A DNA stretch of 64,000 nucleotides from Balanoglossus misakiensis (lineage: Eukaryota > Animalia > Hemichordata): the NCBI GenBank assembly GCA_040954595.2, contig CM082577.2, positions 9,325,846 to 9,389,845 on the forward strand, written 5' to 3'. Each line of letters opens with the position of its first letter. Position 1 is the first letter of the stretch. Shown in pieces: positions 1 through 11,857 of the stretch. A model generated the notes under the pieces. The model ran no database searches, had not been told where the DNA came from, and saw only the letters and a program-made list of their open reading frames with translations. Made by a program: the position numbers and the translations under genes.

Positions 1-505
1 TGTGAGGTACCGTGTTCCTGCTGTCAATATTTCTCTTTGTCGACTGTACCAAACTTTTGCCTTTTACTAGGGTCAGAAGGTCGTTAGGTAATTGAATTCC
101 AAAAATTATCGCAGAGTTTATCAGCGGGAATATTGGATCAGTTTGCATGCAGTTCACCAGGAACTGGATTATGTTTAAACATTTGAAGAAATTGGGAAAA
201 AAATCACACTTTTTAGGTAAAAAGTACTTTATATTTTATCTAATATCTTTTCTGAATGGGCATGTGTTAGAACAACGACAGCTCTGCAGCCAAGAGCATT
301 CAGGGTTCAGTTCCTTCACCTCACTTCAGTGATTCTCTTTGTCTGTTTGAACTGTTAGGAATTTTTTCGATTTTGGTCACAATTTGTGTAAACAATCGCA
401 AGGAAAGAGATCCTTAGTGACAGCTGAGCCTACTTCATGAGAGATGTCAAGCCTGAAGTTGTTACTTAGCTGTAAATGACACTAGATTTATGCACCTGGC
501 TTTAT

Positions 506-720
506 TACGGGCCCAAGCCAAGCCAGGCTTGGGCCCGTATTGGTTTCGTTGGGGTTTTTTACGGGCCCAAGCCAAGCCAGGCTTGGGCCCGTATTGGTTT
601 CGTTGGAATTTTTTACGGGCCCAAGCCAAGCCAGGCTTGGGCCCGTATTGGTTTCGTTGGGGTTTTTACGGGCCCAAGCCAAGCCAGGCTTGGGCCCGTA
701 TTGGTTTCGTTGGAATTTTA
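506..720 (+). repeat. Four tandem 53-54 bp hairpin units (element 5' heads)
   Basis: ACGGGCCCAAGCC starts at 507, 561, 615 and 668. Unit ends alternate CGTTGGGGTTT / CGTTGGAATTT / CGTTGGGGTTT / CGTTGGAATTT. Confidence 0.97.
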
Positions 721-2384
721 CTTTCTTTCTTTCTTTATTCTTGTGTCAATTCTTTGACCCACGAGATCTCAGACACCGCTGCAGGTACACTTCTGAAACT
801 TGCTACAGTGGTCAAGGTCAATGAGTAGTCGTGCATTGAACCCTTGAATTTTTAATTAGTCACGTGACCTGGCGGCCATCTTGGATTTTCTGAAAAAATG
901 CAAATCTCAGATCTCAGAAACTACAAGTCAGATCGACTTCAAATTTGGCAAGCTGGTAGACTACCTTCTGCCCATCATTTTTGTAATTAGAAATTATGCT
1001 GACAAAGTTGCAGTTTTTTGCTACAATTTTTTTTCTGAAATCTGGCTTAAATTTTAAAAATCTTCTTCTCCAGAACCAGTGAAAACCAAGACACGGGGTT
1101 TTGGGTATGTGGTCACCTAACTGATGTCTATCAAGTTTGCGAAGATCATTGTGATTGGTCGAAGATTATGGCGGCCATATTGGATTTTCGTAAAACCCTA
1201 GTAAAATTTCAAAAATCTTCTTCTCAAGAACCGGCGATAACTGAGTCACAAGATTTGGTGTGTGTGGTCATTAAACAGATGTCTATCAAATTTGCGAAGA
1301 GGAATGTAATTGGTCGAAGATTATGGCGGCCATATTGGATTTTGTGAAAAACAATTAAAAAGTAAAAATTCCCTTTCTAGCCTAAAAATTGATAGCACAG
1401 AAATTCTTTTTATGGATATGAATCATCATATGCCAAGAATAAGCTATAAATATTTTGGTAATTTTGGCAATGACCTTTGACCTACTTTTGACGCATCATT
1501 TTTCTGCATATCTAATTCCAGGCTACCCAATAGGGCTATAAGTTTGGTTTTTGATGTATGTGGATTTGTATGTGATCAAAAAATTTTGCTACTTTTCATG
1601 AGCCCTTTGACCTCTGGTGACCTCATTAAATATGCGCATACCTAATTAATGATCAACCAATAGACCTTAGAGGTTTTGTTTTTGTTATACATGGACCAGT
1701 ATGGGGTCAAAATATTTTGCCCAAATGTTGGGTGACCTCGGGTGACCTTTGACCTACTTTTGCATATCTCGACATCCACACCAGATACAGCCTTGGCGTT
1801 TGGAGGTATCGGGCCATAATGAAAAGCCAAAGTTTTGGGTCACCTGTGACACCTGCTTTACTCATTATTTATGTGCATACCTAATTCCGGGCTAACCAAA
1901 AGGGCTAGATGTCTGGTTTTTGTTGGACATGGACCACTATGGGTCAAAATTTTCTGCCCAAATTTTGGATGAAGTCAGATGACCTTTGACCTACTTTTGC
2001 ATATATCGGCATCCAAAGCAGGTACAGTCTTGGCATTTGGAGGTATGGGGCCATAATGAAAAGCCAAAGTTTTGGGTCACCTGTGACACCTTCTTTACTC
2101 ATTATTTATGTGCATACCTAATTCCGGGCTAACCAAAAGGGCTAGATGTCTGGTTTTTGTTGGACATGGACCACTATGGGTCAAAATTTTCTGCCCAAAT
2201 TTTGGGTGACCTCAGATGACCTTTGACCTACTTAACACTATATCAACACCAAACATAGATATAACCTTGATATTTCATGGGATAAAACACAGCATTATGT
2301 TTCTACTCATTAATTATGTGCATATCTAATAATCAGATCAGATAATAGAGCTTGGGCCCGGACAATGCTGCTTGCAGCTTTAAT
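721..2384 (+). mobile_element. Element body 1 (subtype X start, extra ~236-bp internal unit)
   Basis: Starts CTTTCTTT...ATTCTTGTGTCAATTCTTTGACCCACGAG and ends GAGCTTGGGCCCGGACAATGCTGCTTGCAGCTTTAAT; about 1664 bp. Confidence 0.9.
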
Positions 2385-3650
2385 TCTTTCTTTATTCTTG
2401 GTTCACTTCTTTGTCGCTCTAGATCTCAGACACCACTGCAGGTACAGTTCTCAAACTTGCTACAGTGGTCAAGGTCAATGAGTAGTAGTGCATTGAACCC
2501 ATGAATTTTTAATTAGTCACATGACCTGGCGGCCATCTTGGATTTTCTGAAAAAATGCAAATCTCAGATCTCAGAAACTACAAGTCAGATCGACTTCAAA
2601 TTTGGTGTGCAGGTAGACTACCTTCTGGCAATCATTTTTGTAATTGGAAATTATGCTGTCAATGTTGCAGTTTTTTTGCTACAATTTTTTTTCTGAAATC
2701 TGGCTTAAATTTCAAAAATCTTCTTCTCCAGAACCGGTGATAACCGAGACACGGGGTTTGGGGTATGTGGTCACCTAACAGATGTCTATCAAGTTTGCGA
2801 AGACGAATGTGATTGGTCGAAGATTATGGCGGCCATATTGGATTTTGTGAAAAACGATTAAAAAATAAAAATTCCCTTTCTAGCCTAAAAATTGATAGCG
2901 CAGAAATTCTTTTTATGGATATGAATCATCATATAACAAGAATAAGCTATAAATATTTAGGTAATTTTGGCAATGACCTTTGACCTACTTTTCACAAATC
3001 ATTTTTCTGCATATCTAATTCCAGGCTAACCAATAGGGCTATAAGTTTGGTTTTTGATGTATGTGGATTTGTATGTGATCAAAAAATTTTGCTACTTTTC
3101 ATGACCCTTTTGACCTCTGGTGACCTCATTAAATATGCGCATACCTAATTAATGATGAACCAATAGACCTAGAGGTTTTGTTTTTGTTATACATGGACCA
3201 GTATGGGGTCAAAAATTTTTGCCCAAATGTTGGGTGACCTCGGATGACCTTTGACCTACTTTGGCATATCTTGACATCCACAGCAGATACAGCCTTGGCG
3301 TTTGGAGGTATAGGGCCATAATGAAAAGCCAAAGTTTTGGGTCACCTGTGACACCTGCTTAACTCATTATTTATGTGCATACCTAATTCCGGGCTAACCA
3401 AAAGGGCTAGAGATCTGGTTTTTGTTGGACATGGACCACTATGGGTCAAAATATTCTGCGCAAATTTTGGGTGACCTCTGGGTGACCTTTGACCTACTTA
3501 ACACTATGTCAACACCAAACCTAGATATAACCTTGATATTTCATGGGATAAAACACAGCATTATGTTTCTACTCATTAATAATGTGCATAACTAATAATC
3601 AGATCAGATAATAGAGCTTGGGCCCGGACAATGCTGCTTGCAGCTTTAAT
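2385..3650 (+). mobile_element. Element body 2 (subtype Y, lacks one ~155-bp internal unit)
   Basis: Starts ...ATTCTTGGTTCACTTCTTTGTCGCTCTAG and has the same 3' terminus; about 1266 bp. Confidence 0.9.
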
Positions 3651-5077
3651 CTTTCTTTCTTTCTTTATTCTTGTGTCAATTCTTTGACCCACGAGATCTC
3701 AGACATCGCTGCAGGTACACTTCTGAAACTTGCTACAGTGGTCAAGGTCAATGAGTAGTCGTGCATTGAACCCTTGAATTTTTAATTAGTCACATGACCT
3801 GGCGGCCATCTTGGATTTTCTGAAAAAATGCAAATCAAAGATCTCAGAAACTACAAGTCAGATCGACTTCAAATTTGGCGTGCAGGTAGACTACCTTCTG
3901 TCAATCATTTTTGTAATTGGAAATTATGCTGTCAATGTTGCAGTTTTTTTGCTACAATTTTTTTTCTGAAATCTGGCTTAAATTTCAAAAATCTTCTTCT
4001 CCAGAACCGGTGATAACAAAGACACGGGGTTTGGGGTATGTGGTCACCTAACTGATGTCTATCAAGTTTGCGAAGATCATTGTGATTGGTCGAAGATTAT
4101 GGCGGCCATATTGGATTTTCGAAAAACCCTAGTAAAATTTCAAAAATCTTCTTCTCAAGAACCGGCGATAACCGAGTCACAAGATTTGGTGTGTGTGGTC
4201 ATTCAACAGATGTCTATCAAGTTTGCGAAGAGGAATGTGATTGGTCGAAGATTATGGCGGCCATATTGGATTTTATGAAAAAACGATTTAAAAGTAAAAA
4301 TTCCCTTTCTAGCCTAAAAATTGATAGCACAGAAATTCTTTTTATGGATATGAATCACCATATAACAAGAATAAGCTATAAATATTTTGGTAATTTTGGC
4401 AATGACCTTTGACCTACTTTTGACGCATCAATTTTCTGCATATCTAATTCCAGGCTAACCAATAGGGCTAGACGTTTGGTTTTTGATGCATGTGGATTAG
4501 AGTGTGATCAAAATATTTTGCTACTTTCCATGACCCCTTTGACCTCAGCTGCCCTCATTAATTATGTGCATATCTAATTACGGGCGAACCAATAGAGCTA
4601 GAGGTTTGGTTTTTGTTGGACATGGACAAGTATGGGGTCAAAATATTTTGCCCAAATGTTGGGTGACCTCGGGTGACCTTTGACCTACTTTTGCATATCT
4701 CGACATCCACAGCAGATACAGCCTTGGCGTTTGGAGACATAGGGCCATAATTAAAAGCCAAAGTTTTGGGTCACCTGTGACACCTGCTTAACTCATTATT
4801 TATGTGCATACCTAATTCCGGGCTAACCAAAAGGGCTAGAGGTCTGGCTTTCGTTGGACATGGACCACTATGGGTCAAAATGTTCTGCCAAAATTGTGGG
4901 TGACCCCTGGGTGACCTTTGACCTACTTAACACTATATCAGCACCAAACAGATATAACCTTGATATATCATGGGATAAAGCACAGCATTATGTTTCTACT
5001 CATTAATTATGTGCATATCTAATAATCAGATCAGATAATAGAGCTTGGGCCCGGACAATGCTGCTTGCAGCTTTAAT
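3651..5077 (+). mobile_element. Element body 3 (subtype X)
   Basis: Starts ...ATTCTTGTGTCAATTCTTTGACCCACGAG and has the same 3' terminus; about 1427 bp. Confidence 0.9.
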
Positions 5078-6497
5078 CTTTCTTTATTCTTGGTTCACTT
5101 CTTTGTCGCTCTAGATCTCAGACACCACTGCAGGTACAGTTCTCAAACTTGCTACAGTGGTCAAGGTCAATGAGTAGTAGTGCATTGAACCCATGAATTT
5201 TTAATTAGTCACATGACCTGGCGGCCATCTTGGATTTTCTGAAAAAATGCAAATCTCAGATCTCAGAAACTACAAGTCAGATCGACTTCAAATTTGGTGT
5301 GCAGGTAGACTACCTTCTGGCAATCATTTTTGTAATTGGAAATTATGCTGTCAATGTTGCAGTTTTTTTGCTACAATTTTTTTTCTGAAATCTGGCTTAA
5401 ATTTCAAAAATCTTCTTCTCCAGAACCGGTGATAACCGAGACACGGGGTTTGGGGTATGTGGTCACCTAACTGATGTCTATCAAGTTTGCGAAGATCATT
5501 GTGATTGGTCGAAGATTATGGCGGCCATATTGGATTTTCGAAAAACCCTAGTAAAATTTCAAAAATCTTCTTCTTGAGAACCGGCGAAAACCGAGTCACA
5601 AGATTTGGTGTGTGTGGTCATTCAACAGATGTCTATCAAGTTTGCGAAGACGAATGTGATTGGTCGAAGATTATGGCGGCCATATTGGATTTTGTGAAAA
5701 ACGATTAAAAAATAAAAATTCCCTTTCTAGCCTAAAAATTGATAGCGCAGAAATTCTTTTTATGGATATGAATCATCATATAACAAGAATAAGCTTTAAA
5801 TATTTTGGTAATTTTGGCAATGACCTTTGACCTATTTTTGACGCATCAATTTTCTGCATATCTAATTCCAGGCTAATCAATTGGGCTATAAGTTTGGTTT
5901 TTGATGTATGTGGATTTGTATGTGATCAAAAAATGTTGCTACTTTTCATGACCCCTTTGACCTCTGCTGACCTCATTAAATATGCACATACCTAATTACA
6001 GATGAACCAATAGACCTAGAGATTTTGTTTTGGTTATACATGGACCAGTATGGGGTCAAAATATTTTGCCCAAATGTTGGGTGACCTCGGATGACCTTTG
6101 ACCTACTTTGGCATATCTTGACATCCACAGCAGATACAGCCTTGGCGTTTGGAGGTATAGGGCCATAATGAAAAGCCAAAGTTTTGGGTCACCTGTGACA
6201 CCTGCTTAACTCATTATTTATGTGCATACCTAATTCCGGGCTAACCAAAAGGGCTAGAGATCTGGTTTTTGTTGGACATGGACCACTATGGGTCAAAATA
6301 TTCTGCGCAAATTTTGGGTGACCTCTGGGTGACCTTTGACCTACTTAACACTATGTCAACACCAAACCTAGATATAACCTTGATATTTCATGGGATAAAA
6401 CACAGCATTATGTTTCTACTCATTAATAATGTGCATAACTAATAATCAGATCAGATAATAGAGCTTGGGCCCGGACAATGCTGCTTGCAGCTTTAAT
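5078..6497 (+). mobile_element. Element body 4 (subtype Y)
   Basis: Starts ...ATTCTTGGTTCACTTCTTTGTCGCTCTAG; its 3' part is near-identical to body 2; about 1420 bp; unique sequence resumes at ~6498. Confidence 0.9.
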
Positions 6498-9400
6498 TGT
6501 TATTCATGTGTTCATATCGCAGAGCATTTTATGTTGTCTCCGATTTTCAAGCAGTAAAATTATTTTTTTAATGAAAAAAAACTAGCTTTCTTAATAGTTT
6601 TCCTACCAATGAAGCATCTATTGTTGTGACATTTCCCAGCGTTTTAAAATTCTGATTCCACACACATTTGACAGTAGCATTACATTCTACAGCAGTGACA
6701 TCACACACATTTTTGCGGCCTACAAATACTGGGCACTTGGCTGAGCACTCTGATTGGATGATAACATTGGGCGATTGCACTATCAGAGTAGGGGAGGGCA
6801 GGATCAGCAAGAGCGGAACTGGAAGTCTCACCTGTAGACATTCTTTGTTCAACAAGTTCTGCTGGATTTTATTTATAACATCCATAGATATAAACACAAG
6901 AACTGGAATTTCAAATTCCAACCCCAAAGAAAACGTCTATTAATAATATAATTTTATGCGTACTCACCAGTATTTTGTGTTCAGTCTGACAGTAATTGTA
7001 GAATTGCAGGCTGTGGAAGTATAACAATTAATACCATTGTCACTCTGTAATCTGTCGCAACATCGCAATGCGGTACAATAAGGGTGTGTTTCTGTCAGAC
7101 ATGGGCACCCAAAGTTTGTGTCAATATTCATTAAAGTCCAATTTTTAAAAACTCTTCCACCAGCAAAAGAATGCCTACATCATGTTCATATTTTCATGGA
7201 TTAAAATATGTCTCATGCCACAATCAGCAGAGTGATGGCTTGGAAGATTGGTATAGAAATCTGATATATGAGATGAAGTACATTCATACATAAACATGAA
7301 CATTTTAAGGTACCGGTAGTTTAGAACTGAACATTTCAATCTCCAAATATGTTTCATCTGATGGGTTTGGATATGGAGAAGTGGCAGATATCTGCAAATT
7401 TTTATTGCATCATGCATTTGTTGTATACATGTTTGAAAAAGTTGAAAATATCATGAAGTCGAACAAACAGCAGTTTTTAGAAAGCAATGACATGAACATG
7501 TATGCTGGTATTTTAAACTATATTGTCAAAATCTAACATTTTAGAGAAAAAATCAAATTATAAAGAACAAAGGAGAAATCATTGCTTTCGAGAATTTTGA
7601 ATCAATTTCTGTGGTGAAAAATGAAGAAAGAAAGTTTTTTGCATGAAAGTACTAGAACATCCAATACTCTTACCTGTGAGGTGTGTGTATGTCACACTCG
7701 CTCAAACTTTGGTCCCTTGCAAAATGCAGTGGTGCCTTAGTGTGCCTGCAAATATCTCTTTAAAAGTTGATGTAATGTACGTGGGCTGTGCCACTTTGCG
7801 AGTGGGTGTGTTCTAGTGGATGGGTGGCAATAATCACTGCATTTTTTTTTTCATTCAAGGAGCACGTACGTCCTCATTATAATATTCAAATTGAAACAGA
7901 CACATTTTGTTCCAAAGTGATAGAAGGCAATAATGCTGATTCAGCAGAATGTTACTTGTCCCATTAGATCTGAAGATACCTTTAGGAAAAAAGTTATCAA
8001 CCGGTTTTCTATCTGACTGGGTCCTACTGATTCGTATTCATAAAGATCTAACTGCTGTATATCCCCAGTTTTCATACAAATGTAATTTTACAGGGTTTGT
8101 TAATCATAGATTAAGAACTTTGAACGGTGTCCAAGCAGCCTTCTAAATGATAGCTGGGTTGTTGACCACAAGTTTTCATTCAACAAATTTATTGACGTGG
8201 GACTCCTCCTTAAAAACACAAATCCAACCTTGTTAATAAAACTGGTTCCAACCAGGTACAGAATACTGACTGGTTCCAACCAGTTCACAGAACCGAACAG
8301 ACTGGGCAACCGCAAGATTGTTGAAATGAAAAAAAGAAAAAAACACCCTGGCCTTGTCCTGGATATAGAAACAAGTGGTCACCCCCCATCCTGCTTGTAA
8401 TCGACTTAAAGGCCTTGAATTTTGCTCTCGTGACCTTCTTCATTGTATCCCTTGTTCAACCTTTTTTGCCAGTACCCCGCTTTAAAACTGATGAAATTCT
8501 GTCAGCTGGTGGCCCAGTGCCCCAGATCTTGCCCTGACTCTTTAAACTGAAATCCATTCTCAGCTGAATATATGGATGATAGCAGAAGCATTAAACTGAG
8601 GCACCCCTCAAGTCTACTGAAATGCAGCTGTGTGTTTTTATATGTCACGTATACTGCTCCAGTATGAAACACTCATGGTCAATCAATCAATCTGAAATTT
8701 TACTTCCCTGTTTTGTGTCATAATATTTCACTTCGGAGGTCGATATTTTTATCAGTCTTTGACTAACATCTTAACCCGATTCCAATGAACCAGGTTAAAT
8801 TTTAATCCAGTCATATTTTTTTTAATTGTTGGTGGATTGACACTTTGCATATTATTGAATACCAATATTATAATGGTTGTATAATGTGTCAGCATGACTT
8901 TTTGCTGGAAATTAAATCCTAATGAGTTTTCTCATAGATTGTACGCTTATTAATGTAGAAATGATAGAATATCAAATTTACTCCAGAAAAATTTCGGGAA
9001 TACTACCTGTTGGCAGTTTTTTGTAATCCGTGTCAATAGAAAAGGCCAGCTATATTTCTAGCAGAAGGTCTTTGTAGAAGGGGAAAGTCCCACATATCTT
9101 CTCTTACTTGATGATATAATCAAGTCTGTGTACTGTGTATATATCCTCGGAGTTCTGTGTATATAACGATCCGCAAGCCATAGTTTCTCACAGGAACAGC
9201 ACACCATTTGGTAGCCATTTTGAATTGTCTGAATCTATGATTACTACAGTTTAGTAGTGTCACAAACAAGGCATAAAAAACTTGGCATGGTGTCATGCAT
9301 TGTTTCTGTGATGATAACTGCAAGGAAACAAGTTGTTGTGTGCAGAATATTCCTTTGATTTTCAAAGGCTGTATGGCATATAATGACTTAACTAACCACC

Positions 9401-11857
9401 GCGGTGTAATCAGAAAAAAAAGAAAAAAAGGCAATTTGAGGAGTGTGTACTGTAATATAAATGCAGTCTGATCCCTGTAGCTGTAAAATGGAAGTTTGCT
9501 TGATGAGGTCGCAGTTTAGGTTGTACATGTACATGTATATTAGTGTATTTGGCATGTTGTCAAGTGTCTGTATATTGACCTGAAGTGCCAGCTACAAGCC
9601 GCTACATTTGAAGTACAGTGACCAAATCAGATGATCACAAAATCTGAAATTGGCAACATGCCAGGTATGGCTAGTGCACGGAATTATGTCAGCCAACATG
9701 GTGATCAACTGTCACCCTACTTCTCCCCATATATGTATGTGTGTATGTATGTATGTGTGTGACAACCAATTGGCATGAATGCACAAGACTATTAATTGGT
9801 GTACACATTCAACTATCGGTACATCTATATATCCATATCTACTTCTATGTGTTCTTGTCATCCACCGTACGTAATTAATCCATCATTTGAAGCCTGTTGC
9901 ATTTGTACAATACTCAGTATTTGTTTTCTAGCACATCCCGTTACAAACCAACACCATTAATCAAGCTATTATTTCCATAAATCCTTCAACTTAAAAAATA
10001 TGTCCCCATGTCATGCAGAGATGCTCCCATCAGAACTTCAGAATACCATATCCGTCAAGCTAATCTTGAATCTCCAATATGAGATCTAACAGTTTCATTA
10101 GAAATGATAGAAAAGTATACTAAAACTGATTGATTCGTCTTTTAATTTAAAGTTTGCAGTAACTTCAACTAGCTCATGTCAGATATTGCACAAGAAATGC
10201 ATTATTCACATACATTTGTATACATGAAAGTGACGATCAAAATGGCTGACCCTCTAAATCAATAAAATTCACTAATTTACTGCATTGTTTTGATCTTAGC
10301 CACAGCGACTCAACATGTAAACATGCCGCAGTTGCTAGCAGTAACCTAGAAGCACTTTAAAAATCCACATGTGTCGAAATACTTTTCTGCTATCCAACAC
10401 AGTGAGGAATGTTCTTCTTTTGTATTATCTATCAACTGCCATTGTTGTTTCATGACCTGGTAGGGGTTTATGAGACGTCACCATACTCCAGTACACAAGT
10501 AGGGAAAAGCTGTAATTTTGTTTCGAGTTTCCTCTAAATATTTTAATAAAACTGGAAAACTGTTGGGTGCAAGCATTATTCAAGAAGTCAAAAGGTCAAA
10601 GAAATACAGCCAGGGTGCTGAACCCGAGTGTTACGTACGACCTCTCACCTGTTCAACAATTTTGAATGTGAAAATTTTAAATCAGTAAAGGCATTCGTAT
10701 GATACATTGAAAAAAAAATGAAATTGCGGCGATAACAATAATTTGTAGCATTGTTGAGGCATTTAATAGTTTGCTTAGATATTGCCTGAGCAGCAAACGT
10801 CTGAGTAGGTCACTTTTAACTTTTTGAAACAGTATGACAGCATTCAAAATATTGTGTATATGTGTCAAATATTTCTCAGACATATTTTATCACTGTTTGT
10901 TGTTTTCATCACTTTGGGCAGGGTTCAAAATAGAAATATTAGTCACTGTCTGGTGTGGATGAGATCATACAGAAGTGAAAACAGTTTTCTTGATAATCAC
11001 AACAACAGAGCCTACAGTATTCGTTTCCTGTAAAGTGTTTTTCTTTTGTTTTCATGGTTGACTTTCCATTAGTGGGCAAGTCAGAAATGATGGATTTGTG
11101 TAGGAAATCGTCAGAAAGAATGTCACATGTGGTCACCCAGTAGACAGGGAGTCGAAGTGTGGGTTACTCAATGCATCAGACTCATCGGTGTGTGGAACAT
11201 TAAAGTCAGGTGGCGTCTCATTGTGTTGAGTTCTTTTGAAACTGGGCATGGACAATTGTTACTTGATGATCTTGTGATGGGTAATTGTGATCCATTTTTC
11301 ATTCAACGTTGCATGTTTTAGCTTCTTTCTCACTACAGGCATATACACTCACGTCTTGTCTGTGCAGCCACCCAGAATTCAATGAGATGTTTTCAGTTGC
11401 TTTTGGGAAAGTAGGTTATGTGTTGTTGGGACTGTTTTGAATTGTTCATCTGTGGTTTGAAAACTGGGGGCATTAAACATTTGGGATGAGATGAGAGAAT
11501 TGGTACTCTAAATAAAAACGCAGCTCTCCGATGAAATTTGTTGAACTCTCAGAGTCCCACAAACATGTCAATCCTTTGCTATGCCGAAATGTGTGTCCAG
11601 TGTTGAAAGTTCAGAAAATAAGAATTCCTCAATTGTTTCCCCCAGAAAATCTGTACAGTTCACATGTGACCACTAACTCTTGGTTTGGTATATCCATTGT
11701 TAATTTCAAGTATTGTTCGACTTGAGATGAGTACATAGAGAGTGGCTCTTCAAAACAAATCTGTCTATATGTTTCTGTGAGCAAAAGTGTAAACAAAAGC
11801 CTAAGAATAGCCAGCTCTCCAAAAATATTTAGTTTTTTTTACTACATTTTGTGTGCT

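Larger units (their letters stand above)
501..6497 (+). mobile_element. Cluster of four non-autonomous Helentron/HINE (DINE-1-like) elements, apparently nested
   Basis: The 5' head has a 14-bp-stem hairpin TACGGGCCCAAGCC-aagcca-GGCTTGGGCCCGTA, followed by a (CTTT)n microsatellite and internal tandem repeats. The 3' end has a subterminal inverted repeat GCTTGGGCCCG and a small stem-loop GCTGC-TT-GCAGC. Ends are T-rich with no evident TSD and no transposase ORF. This matches the subTIR/IR/microsatellite/3' stem-loop layout of Helentron-associated elements; the family assignment is inferred from structure only. Confidence 0.75.

Noticed and set aside
506-720. CRISPR-like array of palindromic repeats
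   Set aside because: There are no unique spacers or cas genes, the context is eukaryotic, and the units are contiguous copies of a transposon end.
476-6179. Short ORFs repeated in the 0.5-6.5 kb cluster
   Set aside because: They are by-products of repeated non-coding sequence, with stops and frameshifts differing between copies and no Rep/helicase or transposase motifs.
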